From positions 257 to 64,256 of the forward strand of contig JBDHAN010000009.1 in NCBI GenBank assembly GCA_039588055.1: 64,000 nucleotides of DNA, given 5' to 3'. Shown in pieces: positions 47,759 through 56,266 of the stretch (position 1 is the stretch's first letter; each line of letters starts with the position of its first letter). Position numbers and translations under genes: made by a program. Under the pieces are notes generated by a model that saw only the letters and a program-made list of their open reading frames with translations, was not told the DNA's origin and made no database searches. The DNA is from Gemmatimonadota bacterium (GTDB taxonomy: Bacteria; Gemmatimonadota; Gemmatimonadetes; Gemmatimonadales; GWC2-71-9).

Positions 47759-49029
47759 GCGGGCGACAGCAGCACGACGTCGCCGGCGGATGCCAGGGCA
47801 CCGGCTCGAGCGACCGCGTCGTCGAACTTGTCGATGCGCTCGACGGGCACCACACCGGCGATCGCAGCCTCGATCTCCCGCGCGGCCTCACCGTAGGCGA
47901 CGACCGCCCGGCAATGTGTACTCAGCGCCGGCTGCAGCATCGTGAAGTCTTCACCCTTCCCTCGCCCGCCGGCAACGAGGACGTAGGGCCGCGTCATCGC
48001 CTGCAGCGCCACGGTTGCGGCCGACACGTTAGTGGCCTTCGAGTCGTTGATCCACTCCGTGTCGCCCCGGCTCGCGACTCGCTCGAGGCGGTGGGCCGGC
48101 GCCGCAAAGCTTGCGAGTCCCCGCGCGATGTCGGGTGCAGCGACGCCTGCCGCGGCGGCCGCGAGCGCGCCCGCAAGCGCATTCGCCACGTTGTGGTCTC
48201 CGAGGAGTGGTAAGTCGGCGCGAACCAGCAGCATGTCACCGCCCAGCACGAGGATTGCGTCGTTCCGGTCATACCACGCATCGCGCTGTCGCTCGATGCT
48301 CCAGTAGCGATGCTGCCCAACAACGTTTGCCGCCAACTCCAGTACCGCCTGATCGTCACCATTCAGGACCCACGTGCACGACTCTGCGGCGTTGCGAAAA
48401 AGCAATCGCTTGTCCGCGTAGTACGACTCGAGATCCGCATACCGATCGAGGTGATCGGGCGCCAGATTCGTGAGCACGCCGACGGTGGGAGCGAGATGCG
48501 GCGCGTCATGCAGCTGGAACGACGACACCTCAACCACAAGCCACTCAGGGATGGACGCCTCGGAGGCCAGATCGGTGAGCGGCCGTCCGATGTTCCCGAC
48601 CGCGGCAGCCGAGAGACCGGCGGTCTCGAGGACGTGGGCGATCAGCGATGTGGTCGTGGTCTTCCCGTTCGTCCCGGTGACGGCGATGAGATTGCTGGAG
48701 TCGAGCGCCCGGAGTCCCAAGTCGAGCTCTGCAATGATCTCGACGCCTGCCGTCCGCGCCGCCGCAACCGGCGCCGCATCGGGGGCAACCCCTGGGGACA
48801 CCACGACCGCCGATGCCCCCGTGATGCGCGCTAGGTCATGTTTCCCGATATCGACCGCCACACCGGCCGATCTCAGCACATCGGCGGCACGTACGACAGC
48901 GTGCGTACTCGCGACGTCTGAGGCGTACACCCGGAGACCATGGCGCACGAGCCAGCGACTCGCCGCCACCCCGCTCTTCCCGAGCCCGACGACGGCGACC
49001 TCACCACGGCGCCAGGCATCTGGAATCAT
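47683..49029 (-). CDS. murD: UDP-N-acetylmuramoylalanine--D-glutamate ligase
   Basis: From ATG at 49029 (ATGA overlap with the mraY stop): MIPDAWRRGEVAVVGLGKSGVAASRWL...VTGTNGKTTTTSL. Confidence 0.92.
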   Translation of the reverse strand: MIPDAWRRGEVAVVGLGKSGVAASRWLVRHGLRVYASDVASTHAVVRAADVLRSAGVAVDIGKHDLARITGASAVVVSPGVAPDAAPVAAARTAGVEIIAELDLGLRALDSSNLIAVTGTNGKTTTTSLIAHVLETAGLSAAAVGNIGRPLTDLASEASIPEWLVVEVSSFQLHDAPHLAPTVGVLTNLAPDHLDRYADLESYYADKRLLFRNAAESCTWVLNGDDQAVLELAANVVGQHRYWSIERQRDAWYDRNDAILVLGGDMLLVRADLPLLGDHNVANALAGALAAAAAGVAAPDIARGLASFAAPAHRLERVASRGDTEWINDSKATNVSAATVALQAMTRPYVLVAGGRGKGEDFTMLQPALSTHCRAVVAYGEAAREIEAAIAGVVPVERIDKFDDAVARAGALASAGDVVLLSPACASFDQFANFGERGDRFRELAQSA

Positions 49030-50147
49030 CGAATCTTGAGCGTGGACAGGGCGAACAGGGCACAGAGAATCCCGATGATGTAGAACCGAGTCACGACCTT
49101 CGACTCCGCCCAGCCCAGTTTCTCGAAGTGGTGGTGCAACGGCGCCATCCGGAACACGCGATGCTGGTCGGCGTATTCCCGACCATGGCGCCGCTTTCTC
49201 CACCGATAGACGCCCGTTTGCAGAATCACCGACACCGTCTCAGCGGCAAACACGCCACCTACCAGGAGCAGCAGAAACTCAGATTTGAGAAGGATCGCGA
49301 CCGTCCCGAACGCGCCACCGATCGCCAGGCTCCCGGTGTCGCCCATGAACACCTGCGCCGGGTGGGAATTGAACCAAAGGAATCCGAGTGCCGCCCCGGT
49401 GAGGCTTGCGCAGAAGATCGCGAGCTCTCCGGCGCCGGGCAGATAGTAGACGAAGAGATACTCCGCCGTGTCGGTCCGCCCGAACACGTAGGCGAAGATG
49501 GCAAATGTCACGGCTGCGATCGCCGTGAGTCCGGTCGCCAACCCGTCGAGCCCATCGGTGAGGTTGACCCCGTTGCTGGTCCCGGTCACCACGAACGTCA
49601 CGAAGGCCACGTATATGACCGGAGGGAGTGTCACCAGTACGTACTTGAAGAACGGAACCGTTGTGGCATTCGGCGGCACGTCACCCCACACCGACTGCAC
49701 GAGGAGAAAGGTCCCCAACACGATGCCAAACGTCACCTGCCCGATCAGTTTGTAGCGCGCCACCAACCCGCGCGCCTTTCCCTCGATGAACTTGAGATAG
49801 TCGTCGACGAACCCGATGCACCCCATCCAGAGCGTCGCCACGACTGCAACCAGCACGAACTGATTGTCCAGCCGCGCCCAGAGGACGGCCGGCACCAACG
49901 TGCTGATGAGGATGATCAAGCCGCCCATGGTGGGCGTTCCGCGCTTTTCCTGGTGGGACGCCGGCCCTTCCGCACGGATGACCTGCCCGATGTGCCGTGC
50001 CCTGAGACCGCGAATGGTCGGCGGACCGATCACGAAGGCCAGGACGATCGCGGACACGGCCGCCCCTGCCGCGCGAAACGAGATGTAGTTGAACAAGTTG
50101 AAGATCTGGAAATCGGATCCAAGCGGCGTCAGGAGATGGTAGAGCAC
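49026..50147 (-). CDS. mraY: Phospho-N-acetylmuramoyl-pentapeptide transferase
   Basis: 373 aa. PTMGGLIIL, NGVNLTDGLDGLA, FMGDTGSLAIGG, PLHHHFE. Confidence 0.95.
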   Translation of the reverse strand: MLYHLLTPLGSDFQIFNLFNYISFRAAGAAVSAIVLAFVIGPPTIRGLRARHIGQVIRAEGPASHQEKRGTPTMGGLIILISTLVPAVLWARLDNQFVLVAVVATLWMGCIGFVDDYLKFIEGKARGLVARYKLIGQVTFGIVLGTFLLVQSVWGDVPPNATTVPFFKYVLVTLPPVIYVAFVTFVVTGTSNGVNLTDGLDGLATGLTAIAAVTFAIFAYVFGRTDTAEYLFVYYLPGAGELAIFCASLTGAALGFLWFNSHPAQVFMGDTGSLAIGGAFGTVAILLKSEFLLLLVGGVFAAETVSVILQTGVYRWRKRRHGREYADQHRVFRMAPLHHHFEKLGWAESKVVTRFYIIGILCALFALSTLKIR

Positions 50148-51493
50148 TACGCGTCACCACTCGGTATGAGATGCGGAATCACACGCTCGAGGCGCATTCC
50201 ACGCGAGGCCTTGAGCAACACGAACTCGCGCCCGTCCAGCCTGCGAGCGAGGCGCTCACCCAAAGTGGCGGGATCATCCGCGGTGAGCAACCGATCTCCC
50301 AGCTCGCTCGCATGCGATTCGAACGCCGTCACGAATGCTCCGGTCACGGCAATGAGCGCCGGTTGAGCCGCAGTCACGCGGTCCGCGACGGCGGCGTGCA
50401 ACTCGTCGCTCTTCGGGCCCAGCTCCAGCATCGTCCCGAGGACCACGACCAAGGGACGCCCGTGACACATTGCCTGGGCAGTTTCGAGTGCGGTCTCGAC
50501 TGAGAGCGGATTGGCGTTGTAGGCGTCGTGCAGCACGACCAGGTCACCGTGATGCAGCACTTCACAGCGGCCAAACGGAAGCTTCGTGCGTGACAACGCC
50601 TGCGCAGCATCGGCGGCCGGCACCCCCAGCTCCCGCCCGACGGCCAGCGCAAGCATCACGTTGTCCACCTGGTGAGAGCCAACGACGGCAAGCTTGAGGT
50701 CAGCGTTCTCGTAGCGGACGATCGGTTGCCCCTGGTCGTCGAGCTGCCACGCGGTTGGCCGCACGTCTGCAGCTGGGGCAACTCCCGCCACCACCACCTT
50801 TGCAACACGGGCCCGCGCTTCGACGGCCAGCTCGGGTGGCCGTGTACCGACGACTGCACAGGGAACGCCCGCGGCGAGGGCCAACTTCTCCTCCAAGACG
50901 TCTCGCTCGCTTCCAAACCCTTCGAGGTGCCCTGCTGACACGTTGGTGATCACGGTGAGCGTCGGCTCGATGATTCCGCGTAGCGTCGCGATCTCACCAG
51001 GGACGCTCGCTCCAGCCTCCACCACGAGAACCTCTGTGTCGTCCGGCGCCCCGAGCAGGGTCAGTGGAACGCCGATCAGGTTGTTGAGGTTGCCACGTGT
51101 CGCGTGCACGGACCATCGCGTGCCGAGTACCCCCGCCACCATCTCCTTCGTTGCGGTCTTGCCGTTGGTGCCTGTCACAGCCACGACCGGCCCCGTGAGC
51201 TCCCGGCGACGCGCTCGCGCGAGATTCCCGAGGGCCGCGAGCGTATCTGCCACCCGAAACGCGACCAGTCCATCCGGAACCGCCGCATCTTCGTGCACCA
51301 CAACCCCGCGCGCGCCTCGCGCAAGGGCATCGCCGAGGAAGGTGTGCCCGTCGAACCGCTCACCCACCAGTGCCACGAACAGCGCACCCGGTTCCAGCAC
51401 GCGGGAGTCCGTCTCGATCGACTGGAACACCGCAGGCGCGACGGGCGCCGTGTCCAGGACTCGCGCCACCAGCTCACTGGTCCAGCGGCTCAC
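50147..51493 (-). CDS. murF: UDP-N-acetylmuramoyl-tripeptide--D-alanyl-D-alanine ligase
   Basis: 448 aa. VTGTNGKTATKEM and DAYNANP, positioned between murE and mraY. Confidence 0.92.
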   Translation of the reverse strand: MSRWTSELVARVLDTAPVAPAVFQSIETDSRVLEPGALFVALVGERFDGHTFLGDALARGARGVVVHEDAAVPDGLVAFRVADTLAALGNLARARRRELTGPVVAVTGTNGKTATKEMVAGVLGTRWSVHATRGNLNNLIGVPLTLLGAPDDTEVLVVEAGASVPGEIATLRGIIEPTLTVITNVSAGHLEGFGSERDVLEEKLALAAGVPCAVVGTRPPELAVEARARVAKVVVAGVAPAADVRPTAWQLDDQGQPIVRYENADLKLAVVGSHQVDNVMLALAVGRELGVPAADAAQALSRTKLPFGRCEVLHHGDLVVLHDAYNANPLSVETALETAQAMCHGRPLVVVLGTMLELGPKSDELHAAVADRVTAAQPALIAVTGAFVTAFESHASELGDRLLTADDPATLGERLARRLDGREFVLLKASRGMRLERVIPHLIPSGDA

Positions 51494-52956
51494 TCGTGAC
51501 CCTCCGCTCCCATGAGCTCACGCACGACCTCCAGCTCGTCGAACGGCACTCGCGTTGTCCCGATCTCCTGATAGGTCTCGTGCCCTTTGCCCGCCAGGAG
51601 CACGACGTCTCCCGGCTCGACCATCACCAACGCGTGCCGAATCGCCTCTCGTCGGTCGCAGATGCGAACGTGCGAGGTCCCCTCCATGCCGGATTCGATG
51701 TCGTCGATGATGCGCTCGGGATCTTCGGTTCGCGGGTTGTCCGACGTGACGATGGCCACGTCGGCCGCGCGCGCCACCGCTTGCCCCATGAGCGGACGCT
51801 TGCTCCGGTCGCGATCTCCACCAGCTCCGAACACGACAATCAGGCGCCCGGCGGTCAGAGGGGTGAGGGCCGCGATTGCGCGTTCGAGCGCATCGGGCGT
51901 GTGGCAGTAGTCCCGAAGCACGGACGCCGGCCCGCTGGCGAGCAACTCCATACGGCCGGCCACTTGGGGTACCGTGGCGAGCGCGCGCGCGATATCTGAA
52001 GGGTCGACACCGAGTGCCCACGCTGCCGCGGACGCCGCCAGCGCATTCTGCACGTTGAAATCCCCGAGCAGCGGGCACCGCACACCCACGGCACGACCTG
52101 CGAACACCAACGTGGTCGACACCTCGTCGCGCCGGAGCTCGACGTCGCGCGCCTCAACATCGTACTCGGGCGAACGTCCATAGCTGATGCGGCGGATCTC
52201 ACTTCGCTGCGGCAGTGCCAGCCACGCCGGATCCTCTTCATTGACCACTTCGATCCCTCCGGGATGGAGATGGTCGGAGAGCTTCGCCTTCGCATCGCGG
52301 TAGGCGTCGAGGCTCGGGTGATAGTCCAGATGCTCGTGGGACAGGTTCGTGTACACCGCGGCCGCGAGACGCAGGGTTTCGAGCCGTCGTTGGTCCAGCG
52401 CGTGCGACGACGCTTCCATCACCACCGTGCTCGCTCCGCGGTCACGCAGCGCGGCCAATACGCCATGCAGCTCCACGGCACCCGGTGTGGTGAGGTTCCC
52501 GTAGCCTTGGAGTGCAGTGCCCAGGCCGTCGAACGCACCCAGTGTCCCGATCGACCCGGCGTCTCGAGCGGCGTTCAAGAGGTGCTTGAGAATCGCGACC
52601 GTGGTGGTCTTGCCGTTGGTGCCGGTGACGCCGATGACCCGAAGATCGTCTGCCGGCCGGCCGAACCACTCGCGTGCAACCACCGAGGCGGCGACGCGGC
52701 CGTCTCGCACGACGACCTGCGGAATAGCACTGTCGACTGGGGTCATGACCACGGCAACCGCCGCCCCACGCCCCCGCGCGTCCTCGACATACCGGTGGCC
52801 GTCCTCGACCGTCCCTGCGACGGCGCAAAAGAGCCCCCCCGCAACGACGCGCCGTGAGTCCTCGCTCACACCGGAGACCTTCACGTCGATGTCGGGCGCC
52901 GAGACCAGCTGCGTTGCCTGCCTGAGCGCCTCTACCAGAGCGCGAAGCGGCTTCAT
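51490..52956 (-). CDS. murE: UDP-N-acetylmuramoyl-L-alanyl-D-glutamate--2,6-diaminopimelate ligase
   Basis: From ATG at 52956 (ATGA overlap with the ftsI stop; track ORF runs to 53052): GVTGTNGKTTTVA, EASSHAL, GAGGDRDRSKRP, DNPRTEDP (the DNPR motif suggests meso-DAP specificity). Confidence 0.92.
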   Translation of the reverse strand: MKPLRALVEALRQATQLVSAPDIDVKVSGVSEDSRRVVAGGLFCAVAGTVEDGHRYVEDARGRGAAVAVVMTPVDSAIPQVVVRDGRVAASVVAREWFGRPADDLRVIGVTGTNGKTTTVAILKHLLNAARDAGSIGTLGAFDGLGTALQGYGNLTTPGAVELHGVLAALRDRGASTVVMEASSHALDQRRLETLRLAAAVYTNLSHEHLDYHPSLDAYRDAKAKLSDHLHPGGIEVVNEEDPAWLALPQRSEIRRISYGRSPEYDVEARDVELRRDEVSTTLVFAGRAVGVRCPLLGDFNVQNALAASAAAWALGVDPSDIARALATVPQVAGRMELLASGPASVLRDYCHTPDALERAIAALTPLTAGRLIVVFGAGGDRDRSKRPLMGQAVARAADVAIVTSDNPRTEDPERIIDDIESGMEGTSHVRICDRREAIRHALVMVEPGDVVLLAGKGHETYQEIGTTRVPFDELEVVRELMGAEGHE

Positions 52957-54869
52957 TTCGTGGACCGTGCGGTACTGGCGGTGATGGTAACGAGCGCACC
53001 AGGCGGCACGCTGTCTCCCGCCACAGGATCGCTGGTGTCCACGAATCCCCACCCGACCGCGCGGACGCGAAGACCGGCACCGTGGAGCTGACGCGAGGCC
53101 TGCCGCAATGAGAGCCCGACCACATCCGGCATGGTCCGCGGCGTTGCCGAGTCACGCGGCCGGACCACCGGCCACGGGGTAATCCACCGCTCGGGCGCTG
53201 CCTCCGCCGATCGCCGATCGACGGGTGCCGTTGCCTGTGTGAGTCGTCCCCGGTCCAGCGCGTCGCTCTGCGCGGCGAGCAGCTCCTGTAGCACGCGTCG
53301 CGTGACGGGTGCCGCGGTCAGGGCTGCATAGCCTTCGCGGGGGTCGGCGAGTTTCACGACCATCGCGATCTGCGGATCGTCAGCGGGAAAGAGCGACGCG
53401 AACGTGGCCGTGTACGACCCTTGGATGTACCCGCCTGGCCCTGCCAGGCGCGCCGTACCGGTCTTCCCTGCGACCTCATAGCTCGTGAGTGCCGCCGTCT
53501 CTCCGGTCCCGCCTTCGTACACGACGCCGCGAAGCATGCCGCGCAACTCGGCCGCCACCTCGCGCGACACGACGCGACGGACAGGCTGGGGCACGTGGCG
53601 GTATGCGACTCCCCCGCTGGGCGATCGGACTTCGCGAATGATCGTCGGCTGCATCATGAGCCCGTCATTGGCAACGGCGGCATAGGCCTGTGCCAGTTGC
53701 AGCGCCGTGACTGCCACCTCGTAGCCCATCGCCAGACTGACCGCACTGGTCCCACTCCACTGATGCGGGTGTCGAAGTATGCCCGGGGATTCAGCCGGAA
53801 ACTCGACGCCGGTCGGAGACCCGAGGCCGAACTCCCGCAGCATCCCAAACTGCTGGGCCGGCGTCAGGCGTTGTGAGAGCTTTGCGATGCCGATGTTGCT
53901 GGAGCGTCCGATCACGTCGCGCAGAGTGAGCCACCCCTCCTCGTGCTCATCGGTGATGATGCGCCCGTTCAGCTCGTACTCCCCGAGCTCCGCCCACACA
54001 CTGTCGTCTGGGCGAGCGGCACCCTCAGTGAGCAGGGCCGCAGCGACGAACAGCTTCGCGGTCGAGCCAGGCTCGAACACACCGGTCCACGCGCCGGCCC
54101 CGAGCTCTCCCTTCGACGCGATGGCAAGGATCTCACCCGTCTGCGGCTCCAACACCACGACGTCGCCACCGCGGGCGTCGTGCGTTTCGAGCGCGTCCTC
54201 CAGCGCCTGCTCCACGATTTCTTGGAGATCGGCGTCGAGCGTCAGATATACGTCATGCCCGGGCACCGGAAAGGCACCGAGTCGCGCTGGCGATTCATAC
54301 CGGGTGCCGCGCCGATCGCGCAGCACCACGGCGGTTCCCGGCGTGCCGGCCAACAGCGTGTCGAGCACGCGCTCGATGCCGCTCGACGGCCGTCCGTCAC
54401 TCCCCGGTCGCCCAGCGACGAGCCGGGCGAGATCCGGATGCGGATGGAAGCGTCGCAGCTCACTGGTGAGGTGCACGCCGCGGAGATCGCGAATCTGCTG
54501 CACTTGGAGCGACGTGTACGGCCCGGCGAAATACGCGTAGCGGCCACGAAGCCGACGCCGAACCGTGGCGAGCGGCACGCGCAACTCCTGTGCGATGAGC
54601 CGGGCATCTGCGGCGGGATCGCGGAGCTCGTTCGGCGCGACGCCGACGTGAAAGACTTCCTGGGTCAGGGCCAGCGCGGTGCCCTTGCGGTCATAGATGG
54701 TGCCACGACGGGCCGGGAGCTGCCGACGCTCCGTTCGGTGGGCGACCGCGGCCGCCGCGTGCTCGGAACCCTGGACGAGCTGCACTTGGGCAGCCCGGCC
54801 GACGAGCAACAATCCGGCGAGCACGAACGCCACCTGCACGAGCTGAAGTCGGGCGACCTGGCGTGCCAC
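52953..54869 (-). CDS. ftsI: Class B penicillin-binding protein FtsI (PBP3) with a C-terminal PASTA domain
   Basis: 638 aa. N-terminal TM, dimerisation domain, transpeptidase motifs (FEPGSTAKLF = SxxK, SSN, KTGTA). C-terminal MPDVVGLSLRQASRQLHGAGLRV...GDSVPPGALVTI is a PASTA pattern. Confidence 0.9.
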   Translation of the reverse strand: MARQVARLQLVQVAFVLAGLLLVGRAAQVQLVQGSEHAAAAVAHRTERRQLPARRGTIYDRKGTALALTQEVFHVGVAPNELRDPAADARLIAQELRVPLATVRRRLRGRYAYFAGPYTSLQVQQIRDLRGVHLTSELRRFHPHPDLARLVAGRPGSDGRPSSGIERVLDTLLAGTPGTAVVLRDRRGTRYESPARLGAFPVPGHDVYLTLDADLQEIVEQALEDALETHDARGGDVVVLEPQTGEILAIASKGELGAGAWTGVFEPGSTAKLFVAAALLTEGAARPDDSVWAELGEYELNGRIITDEHEEGWLTLRDVIGRSSNIGIAKLSQRLTPAQQFGMLREFGLGSPTGVEFPAESPGILRHPHQWSGTSAVSLAMGYEVAVTALQLAQAYAAVANDGLMMQPTIIREVRSPSGGVAYRHVPQPVRRVVSREVAAELRGMLRGVVYEGGTGETAALTSYEVAGKTGTARLAGPGGYIQGSYTATFASLFPADDPQIAMVVKLADPREGYAALTAAPVTRRVLQELLAAQSDALDRGRLTQATAPVDRRSAEAAPERWITPWPVVRPRDSATPRTMPDVVGLSLRQASRQLHGAGLRVRAVGWGFVDTSDPVAGDSVPPGALVTITASTARSTK

Positions 54870-54871
54870 CG

Positions 54872-55165
54872 CTAACGATCCCTCGTGCTGGGGCCTTCCA
54901 ACATCACGATCTCGCTGTCGGCCGGCATCCGGAGCCCAAGCGACTCTGCACGCGGAATGAGCACAGCACGGCTCTGCGCCTCACGGATTCGGCGCATCAA
55001 CGCGGCCTTCTGCGCCTCGACGACGGACCGTTCGGTCCGACGCTCTTCGAGCGCACGCGCGGTCACGTGTGCGGACGTCTGCCTCGCCGTCACCCACACG
55101 AGCACGGCGAGCACGAACAGCAACCATAGGCTGACCCAAAACCGACCTCTAGGAGTGGCCGCCAC
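54872..55165 (-). CDS. ftsL: Cell division protein FtsL
   Basis: 97 aa. Single TM (FWVSLWLLFVLAVLVWV) followed by a coiled coil. Position between rsmH and ftsI. Confidence 0.75.
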   Translation of the reverse strand: MAATPRGRFWVSLWLLFVLAVLVWVTARQTSAHVTARALEERRTERSVVEAQKAALMRRIREAQSRAVLIPRAESLGLRMPADSEIVMLEGPSTRDR

Positions 55166-56057
55166 AGAGGAATCCTCGGAGCTTGGCGCTGCGGGCTCGG
55201 GGGTTCATCGCGATCTCGCGATCCGACGACACGATGGGTCGCCGTGGATCGCGTTGCCCAAGGGCCCGTCCGCGGCACGTGCACACGGGTTGCCCGGGCG
55301 GACACACGCAGTCCGTCGCCCACTCTCGAAACATTCGCTTGACGATTCGATCTTCTCCCGAATGATAGCTGATCACGGCCAAACGGCCGCCGGGCACGAG
55401 TGCGGCGCGCACGGCAGGGAGCGCGCGCTCGAGCTGCCTGAGCTCGTCATTGACCGCCACACGCACCGCCTGGAACAGTCGCGCAAAGTCGGACGGGCCG
55501 CTGCGCGGCCCCAGCGCAGCTCGAATCGCGTTGACGAGATCATCGCTGATCCGGAACGGCTGCCGCTGACGCCGACGAGTGATGGTGGTGGCGAGCCGAC
55601 TCGCCTTCCGCTCATCGGCGTACTCACGGAATATGGTGGCGAGCTCATCTCGCGGGATGGTGTTCAGGAGATCGGCAGCCGTCGGCCCCGAGCGGTCCAT
55701 TCGCATGTCGAGCACGGTATTGGGCCGAAAGGAAAAGCCGCGACCGGCATCGTCGAAATGCCGCGAGGAGACGCCCAGGTCGAACAACGCGAAATCCGGC
55801 CCAAATTCCTGGATCCGCCGCAGGACCTCGGGCGCACCGAATCGGCCACGCACCCAGTGGATCCCCGAGGAGCCCAAGCGCTCTTGCGCTCCGGCGAGGG
55901 CGTCTGGGTCGCAATCCACGGCCAACACTTCAGCGCCGAGGTCCCGGAGCCGCTGGGTGTGCCCGCCATCCCCAACCGTTGCGTCGACAGCCCGCCTGCT
56001 GCCCGACGCCAGCTGCGCCACGGCGTCCGCCAGAACCGGAACGTGAGGCGCGGTCAT
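55149..56057 (-). CDS. rsmH: 16S rRNA (cytosine1402-N4)-methyltransferase
   Basis: From ATG at 56057: MTAPHVPVLADAV...DATVGDGGHT...FDLGVSSRHFD...ISYHSGEDRIVK. The longer track ORF runs through tRNA-Asp. Confidence 0.92.
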   Translation of the reverse strand: MTAPHVPVLADAVAQLASGSRRAVDATVGDGGHTQRLRDLGAEVLAVDCDPDALAGAQERLGSSGIHWVRGRFGAPEVLRRIQEFGPDFALFDLGVSSRHFDDAGRGFSFRPNTVLDMRMDRSGPTAADLLNTIPRDELATIFREYADERKASRLATTITRRRQRQPFRISDDLVNAIRAALGPRSGPSDFARLFQAVRVAVNDELRQLERALPAVRAALVPGGRLAVISYHSGEDRIVKRMFREWATDCVCPPGQPVCTCRGRALGQRDPRRPIVSSDREIAMNPRARSAKLRGFLCGGHS

Positions 56058-56083
56058 CACCGGTCCCTGTGCCGATAGACAGC

Positions 56084-56110
56084 GGCCCCGCGTGCTGAGC
56101 GCGCGGGGCC
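56084..56110 (-). terminator. GC-rich stem-loop (about 12 bp) between tRNA-Asp and rsmH; no U-tract
   Basis: GGCCCCGCGTGC-TGA-GCGCGCGGGGCC read directly. It lies 30 nt downstream of the tRNA 3' end and 27 nt upstream of the rsmH ATG. Confidence 0.3.
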
Positions 56111-56139
56111 GGAAGGAATCAACGTTGTCATGAGTCGAG

Positions 56140-56213
56140 CGGGGCTGACGGGATTTGAACCCGCGGCCTCCGGTGTGACAGACCGGCACTCTAACCAGCT
56201 GAGCTACAGCCCC
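56140..56213 (-). tRNA. tRNA-Asp (anticodon GTC)
   Basis: Minus strand: GGGGCTG TA GCTC AGCTGGTTA GAGT G CCGGT CTGTCAC ACCGG AGGCC GCGGG TTCAAAT CCCGT CAGCCCC G. Full cloverleaf folded by eye; CCA is not encoded. Confidence 0.9.
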
Positions 56214-56266
56214 ATGCCACCGAGTGGCGCCGCAATGTAGACCCGCTCAGACCCGATTTCAAGCAG

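Noticed and set aside
56058-56139. Search for mraZ upstream of rsmH
   Set aside because: Only 82 nt separate rsmH from tRNA-Asp, so there is no ORF of useful size. mraZ is absent from this locus.
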